Positions 49,254-58,058 are shown, counted from the stretch's first letter. The stretch is 64,000 nucleotides of DNA from Candidatus Dojkabacteria bacterium (GCA_016932785.1 JAFGCJ010000002.1:145777-209776); one strand, 5' to 3'. The notes: generated by a model from the letters alone, not told the origin. Translations and numbers: made by a program.

Positions 49254-49807
49254 TCTCTAGATAACGGACTACCCTCAACAAGCGCAGAAATACCAAACCC
49301 GCAGCTAGCAACCTCTGAATGAAACCTCTCGGCAATTACAAGCTTTCCTGCATTTATTTCAGGTATACCTGAAGAATCGGTAATAGTATGTGAAAGTAAT
49401 TCTGTAGTAAGATCTCTACCACAAACACACCCCAAAAAAGAAAGCGCGTTCTGAACAAACACACCCATTCCAATCTGAGTTTCAAAATCTATCTTGGGAA
49501 CAAGAAGACCAAGTTGGGTGTCTCTTTGATTAGCATGTGCAATATAGCACAAGTCATAAATAAAAACTGCATCTGGTTCAAGTTTTGTATACTCAAAGTA
49601 ACCAAGATGATCTGTCCATTTTATGGGATTAGGCTGGAAAGTTCTCACGAAAGCGGCAAACAGGACATCATTTGGACGGTTTAGAGCCACCCAATCAGAA
49701 AAAACTGTCATTAAATCTATTCTAAAAAGGGCCTCTTTGATAGGAGTATCGTAGATGTCAGGTCTATTCGTATGAGGGTTTTCCAGTATGTATTTTCCCG
49801 GTTGCAT
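49250..49807 (-). CDS. hypothetical protein
   Basis: 185-aa ORF with host-like composition. It is the last gene before the high-GC island. I recognised no motif. Confidence 0.5.
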   Translation of the reverse strand: MQPGKYILENPHTNRPDIYDTPIKEALFRIDLMTVFSDWVALNRPNDVLFAAFVRTFQPNPIKWTDHLGYFEYTKLEPDAVFIYDLCYIAHANQRDTQLGLLVPKIDFETQIGMGVFVQNALSFLGCVCGRDLTTELLSHTITDSSGIPEINAGKLVIAERFHSEVASCGFGISALVEGSPLSRD

Positions 49808-50011
49808 AGGAATATTTTATCAGAAACTATAAGATATTTGTATCTCATATTATGTTATGAATATAGGATTTGTTGACTTCGTGGCCGTGTGTGTTACCGT
49901 AGCCTAACAACAAAATTGACTATTGCTGCTCAAAAATATATAATAACTATAGGATGTTCCAACAGGGTTCTTCGTTCGTTTAATAAGTCATAAGAGGTTT
50001 TTATAGCAACC

Positions 50012-50085
50012 TTTTATGACCTATTAATATAGGTCTGGTATGTATGACCACCTACTCAGGTTGTCATATTACCGTTCTTTAACAA
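50012..50085 (+). promoter_or_regulatory. Upstream element copy A: TTTTATGACCTAT-palindrome ... GTTCTTTAACAA
   Basis: The palindrome gacctat-taat-ataggtc lies at 50018-50035. After 38 nt comes gttctttaacaa at 50074-50085, which ends 167 nt before the ATG at 50253. A related copy lies at 52334-52411. Confidence 0.45.
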
Positions 50086-50252
50086 CTAGGTTTAGGGATT
50101 CCTATCCTTACTGGAACTGAGGACCCCGTTTTGATCAAATTTCAATTTTAGTAGAGTGAATTTGGGCAGAACGGGGTCTTTACCCTTAGGGATGGGAAAA
50201 ATGGAAATGTCTGTTAAGACAAAAATTCTCGTTTAAGAAAAGGAGACAAGCG

Positions 50253-52193
50253 ATGAAAAACGTAAGATTATGCCTTTTGCTAGCGGTAATCGCTAGCCTA
50301 CTCTTGACCGCGATTCCTTCACAGGGAGTCGCATCGGCGGAACAGATGGTACCGCCGTCTTTAGTGAAGGCAAATTTCTCGCAGGATGGTGGCGAATGGG
50401 TCGATGAGTTTAAGTACTGGGACGAGTCCATGAATACAATGACCTATCTTGCTGCCGATGCAAATCAGAGAATGCTGCCTGATGTTGGAGCACTCTCGAC
50501 CGTCTCAATGTCGACGGCTGATCTCCCGCCATATGCATATGCGGGAGTCCAGGTCTGGGCTGGTCCTGGCACCTTCCATGGTGGCCAAGCCGCCAGCAAC
50601 GCCCTCGTCGACGATATCGATGGGGACGGCGACCTGGAAGTAGTATTCACAGGCCTGGCAACAGGTCCCGTGTATGCAGGTCACCACGATGGAACACAAG
50701 TCGCCGGATGGCCAGATAGCAACGGCACCGGAGCTGGGTACTGCAATATGACCCAATTCGACGAAAGCCCCGAAATGGAGGTCTTCTGCGCCTACTGGGG
50801 CGGCGAACAGATTGCACGCCTCGGTGATGGCAGCGTCATGCCCGGATGGCCCCGAACGGGTTCGAACTTCCACTCCACTCCGTTCAGCGCGTGGGATGTA
50901 GATGGCGATTCCACAGACGAGGTATTCGGTGGTGAGGAGGACTGGTCGCTCCACGGCTACAACGGTGATGGAACCGTAGTCGCAGGATGGCCAGTCTGGA
51001 CATACGGAAGTCAGGAACTTCACACGCCAATGATGACAGGTGACGGCAGGATTTACTCCACGAGCGGGTCAACAACAAGCGGAGTGAAGCTAGAGGGTTT
51101 CAACCCCAACGGGACAAGTATCGCAGGATACCCTCGTACCTTCTCAAAAGGGCTTGTTGATACCTTCTTGGCAGGATGGTTCGAAGAAGACGAGCTGAAC
51201 ACTGTCTTCGTCGCCAAGGAGAACAGCTACCCCTGGGACCTAATAGTCCACCGACTGGATGACGAAGCTACAACGCAGTGGACAGCATACGCACCTACAG
51301 TCCCCTACGGGACTGCTCCGGTCGTGGCGGACCTTGATTGCGACAATGATCCGGAAATTATGATCCAGACGGAGGACCGCCTTACCGTACTGAAATCCGA
51401 CGGGTCGATTGCCCCAGAATGGCCGAGGATCTGGAACGACGACATGTACTGGCTAAACAACGCCAGCCCTGTAGTAGGAGATGTAAACGGTGATGGATGG
51501 CCAGATGTGGTCGTCGTTATCAGCTCCTACTCCTACCTCCACTCTGGGTATCTCCGGATCTTTGATAGAAACGGGGAGATACTCTACAACGTCGAACTTC
51601 CTAACTTGGGAGGTGGGGGAGTTCCATACGTCGGAGATCTTGATGGCGACGGAACGACCGAGATCATTGTCATATGCGATTACTGGGACGGGAACTCAGG
51701 CTACAAGGACAAGGTCTACTTCTTCAGGTTCCCGAATAGTGGGCACTCAAGTCCACCGCAATGGTCTCAGTTCGGGCATGATTCCAAGCACACGGGAATC
51801 TGGACTCCTCAGGAGTGCAACTTCGCACCGAACCTTACGATGACCAAATCCGTTAAGATCCCCAGAAATCCGGCCGAGCCTGGCGACGTGTTGACATTCA
51901 CAATCACAATTAGCAACACAGGTACAACAGCAAACGACGTCAGCGTCATCGACAACCTGCCGGAGCCACTCTTAGGAACTGACCTTTCATGGACAGGGAC
52001 TATCACTTCCGGCTCCGAGCTAACCTGGGTGATAACAACAACTGTAGGCGAATTTGAACCTAGGACCTTCGGCCAGATCATCACCAACACAGCGAGCTAC
52101 TCGTATACGCTCGGATCCGGCGAGGTCTCTGCCAACTTTACCGTCGCGAACCCGCGACGCCTCTACCTCCCACTCGCTCTCAAGGGAGAGTAG
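50253..52193 (+). CDS. Secreted FG-GAP/VCBS-repeat beta-propeller protein with C-terminal DUF11-like domain
   Basis: 646 aa with a signal peptide (LCLLLAVIASLLLTAIPSQGVASA). It has five Ca-binding-type repeats (DIDGDGDLEVV, DVDGDSTDEVF, DLDCDNDPEIM, DVNGDGWPDVVV, DLDGDGTTEIIV). The DUF11-like segment is EPGDVLTFTITISNTGTTANDVSVIDNLP. A strong SD, aaaggaga, precedes the gene. Confidence 0.8.
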   Translation: MKNVRLCLLLAVIASLLLTAIPSQGVASAEQMVPPSLVKANFSQDGGEWVDEFKYWDESMNTMTYLAADANQRMLPDVGALSTVSMSTADLPPYAYAGVQVWAGPGTFHGGQAASNALVDDIDGDGDLEVVFTGLATGPVYAGHHDGTQVAGWPDSNGTGAGYCNMTQFDESPEMEVFCAYWGGEQIARLGDGSVMPGWPRTGSNFHSTPFSAWDVDGDSTDEVFGGEEDWSLHGYNGDGTVVAGWPVWTYGSQELHTPMMTGDGRIYSTSGSTTSGVKLEGFNPNGTSIAGYPRTFSKGLVDTFLAGWFEEDELNTVFVAKENSYPWDLIVHRLDDEATTQWTAYAPTVPYGTAPVVADLDCDNDPEIMIQTEDRLTVLKSDGSIAPEWPRIWNDDMYWLNNASPVVGDVNGDGWPDVVVVISSYSYLHSGYLRIFDRNGEILYNVELPNLGGGGVPYVGDLDGDGTTEIIVICDYWDGNSGYKDKVYFFRFPNSGHSSPPQWSQFGHDSKHTGIWTPQECNFAPNLTMTKSVKIPRNPAEPGDVLTFTITISNTGTTANDVSVIDNLPEPLLGTDLSWTGTITSGSELTWVITTTVGEFEPRTFGQIITNTASYSYTLGSGEVSANFTVANPRRLYLPLALKGE

Positions 52194-52240
52194 AAAAACA
52201 AAGTAATCTATTGAGAGCAACCCATCCCTAGACCTAGGCC

Positions 52241-52287
52241 GGGAGAGAACGAATGTGGACCACAAATCCATACAATCGTTCTCTCCC
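52241..52287 (+). other. Perfect 12-bp inverted repeat (stem-loop, possible terminator without U-tail)
   Basis: gggagagaacga (52241-52252) pairs with tcgttctctccc (52276-52287) around a 23-nt loop. The structure starts 48 nt after the FG-GAP gene stop. Confidence 0.4.
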
Positions 52288-52333
52288 GCTAGTGTCAATT
52301 AATAGCTTATAAGAGACCATCTACTAATACTGG

Positions 52334-52411
52334 TTTTTTATAACCTATTAAAAAATAATAGGTTTGTGTCTGATTTTCCTATCGGGGAAATTAGACCAAG
52401 TTCTTTAACAA
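52334..52411 (+). promoter_or_regulatory. Upstream element copy B: TTTTTTATAACCTAT-palindrome ... GTTCTTTAACAA
   Basis: The palindrome aacctatta-aaaaa-taataggtt lies at 52342-52364. After 35 nt comes gttctttaacaa at 52400-52411, which ends 213 nt before the ATG at 52625. Confidence 0.45.
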
Positions 52412-52624
52412 TCCAAAGAGCAAAACCTAGGATTTTGCCTTGATAACAGACGGTCAGGTGAACTAGAGCTATAAAATTGCCGCTATAGTATAGCTTTGAT
52501 TCACCTGTCCTCTGTAAGATCTCGGCAAGGACTTTTTAGAGGTTTTAAATTCAACGGAGATACAGGTAGGCAGCCCCGCATTGGGGGCCAAAAGAATAAT
52601 TGTAGATGGTCAAGGAGGACCGAA

Positions 52625-53527
52625 ATGAAAAGGACACATGTTTTACTAGTATCAGCTATTGTACTGATGATGGCGATTCTGGCCTGCGGGCCAACAGGAT
52701 CACCACCAGCGGCAACCCAATTACAGGAATCAACCTCGGCACCCGTACCGATAGTGAAACCGACCGAGATTCTAACGGCCACTCCAGCAAAGGTCGACTT
52801 TATCATTGAGTGGTCAGAAGAGTTTCGGGCATTGAGTCCTCAAGAGCATGATCTGCTGAAAGATTACTACCCCATGGACACAGAAGTTACAGTTCCAGAA
52901 CTGTTCGAACCTTCGGCACTCGTGGGAATCAGAATCGCAGAGGATGGGCACCCACTGGTCGCCGGTTACAGTCTCCTCGGCACCGAGGAAGGGCTTTGGG
53001 TCGTTTCAGAGAAACATGTACTAGACGGAGGACACCCGGAAATTGCTTTATACGCCCCCCAACTTGGGATAGTAACCTTAGACCCCGACTTCGAGAACCC
53101 AACAGATTCACCAAGAGTCATCGGGTTCAAAGCGGACTTCCAGATACCGGAACATTGGGTGGTAGCGACCTTACCTGTCTCTCGAACAGTAAAGGGCGAC
53201 ACGGTCGCCTTCCCGACCAAGACGGGCAGGTGGTCGGTCGGGTATGTCGTAGGAGAATGCATATCCATCGATGACGAGGGAAACTGCCTCTTCGGCGTCT
53301 CACTTGGCGAAATCGACGTCAGCGGGTGGGCCTGCCAAAGTGACAGCGGCAAGCCAACGCTGAGATTCGACGCGACCACCTATGAAATAACCAATAAAGT
53401 CATGGGCTACTTGGCCGCCGCACCTAGCGAAGAAATCCTAGAGGACATGAAGGACGCTGGCGTCAAATGCCAGCAGTATAATGACCTCTGGTGCTGCAAC
53501 TTCTATGTTGCGGCATATTCAAACTAA
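52625..53527 (+). CDS. Lipoprotein with a chymotrypsin-like Ser motif (possible S1-type peptidase)
   Basis: The start at MKRTHVLLVSAIVLMMAILAC has a lipobox (ILAC) and is preceded by the SD aaggagga. It has GWACQSDSGKPT, which resembles GDSGGP, and an earlier SEKHVLDGGH. The track ORF from 52496 (TTG) has an implausible N-terminus. Confidence 0.6.
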   Translation: MKRTHVLLVSAIVLMMAILACGPTGSPPAATQLQESTSAPVPIVKPTEILTATPAKVDFIIEWSEEFRALSPQEHDLLKDYYPMDTEVTVPELFEPSALVGIRIAEDGHPLVAGYSLLGTEEGLWVVSEKHVLDGGHPEIALYAPQLGIVTLDPDFENPTDSPRVIGFKADFQIPEHWVVATLPVSRTVKGDTVAFPTKTGRWSVGYVVGECISIDDEGNCLFGVSLGEIDVSGWACQSDSGKPTLRFDATTYEITNKVMGYLAAAPSEEILEDMKDAGVKCQQYNDLWCCNFYVAAYSN

Positions 53528-53550
53528 CCTCTCACAGAATAAAGCTCTTT

Positions 53551-53603
53551 GGATTTCATCAGCGAGCCTGAAGGCTCACAAGCACTCGGGCTCGCTGAAA
53601 TCC
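53551..53603 (+). other. Imperfect long hairpin downstream of lipoprotein gene
   Basis: ggatttca-tca-gcgagcc pairs with ggctcgctgaaatcc (8+7 bp, 3-nt bulge, 20-nt loop). It starts 24 nt after the stop at 53527. There is no U-tail. Confidence 0.3.
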
Positions 53604-53764
53604 AATATAACCCCAGAAATAACTACAATTTCACAATTTTCAACACCTATAAAAAAACTAACTGGATTTATTATAAAGAAACCCCAGGTGCATCATTTCT
53701 ATCAAAAGAACACAATGCTGACGCACCTGGAGTAGTATAGTTAGCAAATTCAAAACTCAGTTTT

Positions 53765-54691
53765 CTATGGTATCTTGTCGAGATCCCCCATATGCGGGAA
53801 TTCACGAATTTCTTCGAAATTCACCATGTCCCAGAGAAAGACATTGAAGACTGTCAGCCCTGGTTCAGAGTAATCCATCTGAACTCCTCGGGCACCTTCA
53901 ATATCTTGGAACCAGGAAGCAAACTGATCTCCGTTTCGGATGTTCGGAAAAACCATTACACTACCCGAGACATCGATTATTGCTCGAAACCTTCCCTCGT
54001 TCTCGAATAGTGTTTGTAACGACTGATTTATGGCAAGCATCTCGACCTGCTCGCCATCAGAAACACAAGAAACGGTTGTACTTATGCCCCCTCTCTCAAG
54101 TGCCAGTACACTCTGGGCCACGTACTGGCGATAAAGCCACCACGTAACCAGTTCCTTAATCAGTACACTAGCCTGAGCGTCGGTAGGTTTCCCATCAGGC
54201 GTCCGACTAATATATATCGTCGGCGCCACGTAGGAGTAAATCCTTACGCCCGACAGATACTCGACCGGGATCAGCGGAATGCCGCTAGGAGAGACCTCCC
54301 AGCCTACCCCTCTTTCCAGCTCCTCACTATTGCGAAAGAACCGATACGGGATATAGCCGTACTGAAACTCCGTCACCGTACACGGAGTCGGACTCGTACC
54401 TTTTGGATCGCGGAAAGTTATAAGACCAGAGATTTGCCCCGACTCCATAGTGCCGGTCAGAACAATTTCCGCTCCCAGATTCGGGATCCGGTAATCTGAC
54501 AGTACAATATCCTGATCAAAGGACATGTATGCATCCTCAACAATCTTTCTGAGCTCGGGATTCTCGATCATCTCGAGCCCTCGGGCGTACAGATTTTCTA
54601 TGTACCTCTGATCACCCCCAAAACAACATCCTGGAGCAAAAACAACTGACAAAACAACAATAGTCGTCAACCACAAGCATTTCGTCTTCAT
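53765..54691 (-). CDS. Lipoprotein of unknown function
   Basis: The start at MKTKCLWLTTIVVLSVVFAPGCC has a lipobox-like APGC and is preceded by aaaaaggagac. It encodes 308 aa. I recognised no enzymatic motif. Confidence 0.6.
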   Translation of the reverse strand: MKTKCLWLTTIVVLSVVFAPGCCFGGDQRYIENLYARGLEMIENPELRKIVEDAYMSFDQDIVLSDYRIPNLGAEIVLTGTMESGQISGLITFRDPKGTSPTPCTVTEFQYGYIPYRFFRNSEELERGVGWEVSPSGIPLIPVEYLSGVRIYSYVAPTIYISRTPDGKPTDAQASVLIKELVTWWLYRQYVAQSVLALERGGISTTVSCVSDGEQVEMLAINQSLQTLFENEGRFRAIIDVSGSVMVFPNIRNGDQFASWFQDIEGARGVQMDYSEPGLTVFNVFLWDMVNFEEIREFPHMGDLDKIP

Positions 54692-55040
54692 TTTTCGGTC
54701 TCCTTTTTCCCTTTTACTAGAATTTTGAGTTTTGTAATGAGCCAATCCTATAGTATATCATATTCAACACATGGTAAAACACTTTTTCAGCTACTTTTCA
54801 TCATTATTATCACCCGCCTTTTCACCAAATTCCGCTCCCAACTCACTCTATATAGCCTCGCAAGCCCTGATGCATTGAACAAAACGACAACTGTTTCAAA
54901 TTCAGCATTACCAACTATAGTCAGCCAATCAATTAATACTCGCGAAAGCCCCTCACTTCAGGACAATATCAGTGAGAAAAATTAAAAGGTATTAAATCCC
55001 CATCATCCCATAATTACAAACAGAAAGCTTCTTAATCCCC

Positions 55041-56117
55041 TTAAATACCCTGGGGTTCTTCCTCAAATCTCCTACGAAGATATCTTTCCTCACCGACCGA
55101 AGATGTACTAAGAACACTTTGTTCCTTCCCAGGAAAATCAACAAATCCCGGTATTCTTTCAAAAATAGCTCTAGACTCGGGCCAGGTATACCCAAGCCTA
55201 TCAAGTAGTACTGCCGCTTGATAACGAAGAAGCGCATCGTAAATCCTTCCCTCACCTACCTCTTGTTCAATACGAGGAAGTTCAATAGAAAGATCCCTTA
55301 CTAATTTTTCAGCAATCATATCTCTCAACAAATTCCTAGCTGCGTCATCACGTCCGGAAAGTCTATCCACAGCTGTTGGAATCACAGCCATCCATTTCTG
55401 AAAGTCCCGACTTGCTATATCGATAGCATTTTCTCTCGAACCGTATATAGAATGATAAAGTGGAAACAATGACGAACTTTCTTCTCCTGTTGCAACAAAA
55501 CTTCTGATAGCATCTGTAGCTAAAAGTCTTCGCAGGTAACCTCTATCGGCTTCAGAAAGCTGATCTCCAAGCAAACCCTCTATTGTCCAAAAATACACTT
55601 CATTAGTTTCATGTAATCCTGCGCTTGAGGTTAGTTCAAAATCCAAAAAACCAACAATCAAGCGTGACCCCCTGAGCAGATCACGACGGACATGAGCAAT
55701 ATCAGACCAAACTTCTGGAACACCTACATCCTTATATTTACTCTCTCCAGAACGCATGGCACTACTGAAAGTTCCAAGAAAGGCATAATCCAGCAGATCT
55801 TTATCTGGTTTCTCAATTATTGAACACACAACAGGAATCCAAAATCCTCTCATATCCGCAAGGTCTGTACACAACGCCTTGTAGGCATGTCCTTCTGTAG
55901 CAGGATCTTGAAAAACAGATGCTCTATCAAGAAACAGGAACCTTGCATCTGCAGCCCCTCTTGCCGTCTCAACTAGGTCATGATATGCCGGACCGTAAGC
56001 ATACTCCTTTGCTGGCTTCTCCCCCTGGAATTCTGAGATATAAGCTTCAAAGGAGGACCTTTCTTCCCCTCCTGTACAAAAATCTGGCCTTTCAGCAAAT
56101 GGATTTTCTGATGACAT
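55041..56117 (-). CDS. hypothetical cytoplasmic protein (orphan)
   Basis: 358-aa ORF with no signal peptide or TM segment and intermediate GC. I recognised no motif. Confidence 0.55.
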   Translation of the reverse strand: MSSENPFAERPDFCTGGEERSSFEAYISEFQGEKPAKEYAYGPAYHDLVETARGAADARFLFLDRASVFQDPATEGHAYKALCTDLADMRGFWIPVVCSIIEKPDKDLLDYAFLGTFSSAMRSGESKYKDVGVPEVWSDIAHVRRDLLRGSRLIVGFLDFELTSSAGLHETNEVYFWTIEGLLGDQLSEADRGYLRRLLATDAIRSFVATGEESSSLFPLYHSIYGSRENAIDIASRDFQKWMAVIPTAVDRLSGRDDAARNLLRDMIAEKLVRDLSIELPRIEQEVGEGRIYDALLRYQAAVLLDRLGYTWPESRAIFERIPGFVDFPGKEQSVLSTSSVGEERYLRRRFEEEPQGI

Positions 56118-56243
56118 GTGATATCGGCATCATCTTAGATATATCTGCCCGGAATTCTACACTATAAGATATAACGGGGCAAGAAGATTTTACATGATAT
56201 ACTACCTTCAGACACAATAATCCTAAATTCAAACAACTACCAA

Positions 56244-56585
56244 ATGAAAGTAATCAAGAAAAACGAAGCAAACGATTTTGAAAACAGCAGCACATGCTGG
56301 GGCAAAGAATATCAACATGGAGACAATGATATGGGCATCGCCCTCATTGAAATCAAAGGAAGATATCCGGAAAAAGGCAACTGCATGAATACAAAATGCA
56401 AAGAATTGGTGTACGTAACTAAAGGAAAGGTGAAAATCGTCAAGGGAGATGAATTTCACGAATTGGAGACCGGAGACTCAGTTTTTATATATCCTAATGA
56501 GAAATACTACTGGGAAGGAGATTGTGAAATGGCAATAATTTGTTCACCGGTGTTTGATCACAGGCAGCATAAGATTTTGGAATAA
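56244..56585 (+). CDS. Cupin-domain protein
   Basis: 113 aa. It has the single-domain cupin pattern (KGRYPEKGNCMNTKCKELVYVTKGKVKIV ... GDSVFIYPNEKYYWEG). Confidence 0.7.
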   Translation: MKVIKKNEANDFENSSTCWGKEYQHGDNDMGIALIEIKGRYPEKGNCMNTKCKELVYVTKGKVKIVKGDEFHELETGDSVFIYPNEKYYWEGDCEMAIICSPVFDHRQHKILE

Positions 56586-56689
56586 GGGGGATTTCTAGTA
56601 AAAAGGGAAAACATCACAAGATAGATCACTTCTTTAACTGAAGCCAGAAGGCAATTTTCCTGTTTTAGTAACCTAACACCCTGCCAGAA

Positions 56690-57508
56690 CTATTTACCAG
56701 ACTTCTCCCTCTCTACTGTACCCTTATCAGTATCCAGTATATAAAAGTCGGTAACACGAGAGTAATCATCATCATTATAGATATAGTAGCTGACCTCTAT
56801 TTGATATTCATTTCCTGAGCCTTTTTCTGTAATTCTCGGAGCAGAGGTATCATCGCTTTGATAATTTTCAAGAGTAAATATGTGTTCAAACTGGCCTGAT
56901 TCCATATCCAGCCTCCAGATTCCTCCTACATCATAATAGGCTTCGTGTATTACAGTCATGAATTTCTCACATGCTTCATCTGCAGGAGTAGGACAGCCGG
57001 CAGGAAAGATGTCAAAATAGAAGTATATGTCGTCGTCGGCACTTATTAGTTCGACCTCTCCGATCAGAATTCGCCTTCCGAACAAATCCACAAAATCAAG
57101 GACGTACTCTTTACCGTCTTCAGGCTTCACAATAAATTCACCGCTGGTCCCATCTTCATCAGACGTCCTGTATTCAAATATTGAACCCTCAGAATCACTA
57201 CCCTGGGATTCTTCCTCCGAATCAGACCTATCATCACCGGTTTCTTCATCCGCCTCAGAACTCTTTGAGTCCTCATCACTAGATTGCTCCTTATCTGTGT
57301 CGGTCCTTGACTCATCTCCGCTATTCAGGCTCGAATAAAAATAGACAATTCCTGCACAGGCAAGAGAAATTGTGAAAAATAATGCCAAAAGGATTAAAGG
57401 AACAATGAGTTTCCTATTGAAAGGACACGACCTGGTTTCCTCTTTGGGATCTTTAAGAGGTTTACTAGAAGATTTCTTTTCGGTTTTGCTCGGCATAGGA
57501 TTTTTCAC
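56690..57508 (-). CDS. Membrane-anchored protein with acidic Ser/Asp/Glu-rich linker
   Basis: 272 aa. A Lys-rich N-terminus is followed by one TM segment (LIVPLILLALFFTISLACAGIVYFY). Then come a low-complexity acidic stretch of about 60 aa and a C-terminal domain of about 150 aa. Confidence 0.55.
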   Translation of the reverse strand: MKNPMPSKTEKKSSSKPLKDPKEETRSCPFNRKLIVPLILLALFFTISLACAGIVYFYSSLNSGDESRTDTDKEQSSDEDSKSSEADEETGDDRSDSEEESQGSDSEGSIFEYRTSDEDGTSGEFIVKPEDGKEYVLDFVDLFGRRILIGEVELISADDDIYFYFDIFPAGCPTPADEACEKFMTVIHEAYYDVGGIWRLDMESGQFEHIFTLENYQSDDTSAPRITEKGSGNEYQIEVSYYIYNDDDYSRVTDFYILDTDKGTVEREKSGK

Positions 57509-57587
57509 TATAAAAGCTTAACTGTACTTATTTATACAAGAAAAATGATGGAGTGTATAGGTTCGAAAGTGAGTATGCCTAAAAGGA

Positions 57588-58058
57588 TTAAAAGGAAATA
57601 TATTCTTTCCAGTCCTTATTCCTCTCCATTTCTTCCGATATTAGCTTTCTGAATACATCGACGATTGCGGTGTTGTAGTGGTCTGCATACCATTCGACAA
57701 ATTCGTTTTCCATAGGGTCAAGGCGAACGGGATGAGTTCGTTTGATCATTTTCTTTACTCTGGAAATGAATCTCTTGACTATTTGCTCAAGTATTTCGTG
57801 GTTGTATTCTATGTAGAGAAATTTCGTAGAGGATTTCTGAAAGGCTTCAAGGACTACTGAGCTTTTGCGGTCACGTCCTTCTTTATAGAGAGCAAGGACT
57901 GGTTTACCGAGGGATTGAGCTCGGCCAAGGATAAAGGCGAGTCCGTCAGAGTACATAGAGAGTTCGATTATTATGACATCGTTGTGACGGAGAATTTTGT
58001 CGATTCTCTTTACGGTTTGGTCAGGATACTTTTTGTTGTTGTCAGCACGTAAACCGGC
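57588..58058 (-). pseudogene. 5'-decayed nucleoside 2-deoxyribosyltransferase-like gene
   Basis: The ATG ORF spans 57588-57956. Its frame stays open for 34 more codons, up to an in-frame TGA at 58059-58061, with no ATG/GTG/TTG. The combined sequence ...HNDVIIIELSMYSDGLAFILGRAQSLGKPVLALY fits the central strand-loop-helix of NDT-like folds, so the ATG falls inside a structural element. Confidence 0.4.

Noticed and set aside
50449-53379. Many overlapping ORFs of 60-170 aa on both strands inside the FG-GAP and lipoprotein genes (for example 50505-51023, 51490-51843, 52966-53379).
   Set aside because: They are nested within or antisense to much longer ORFs that have clear domain content. Stop-poor alternative frames are expected in GC-rich coding DNA. 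None shows a recognisable motif.
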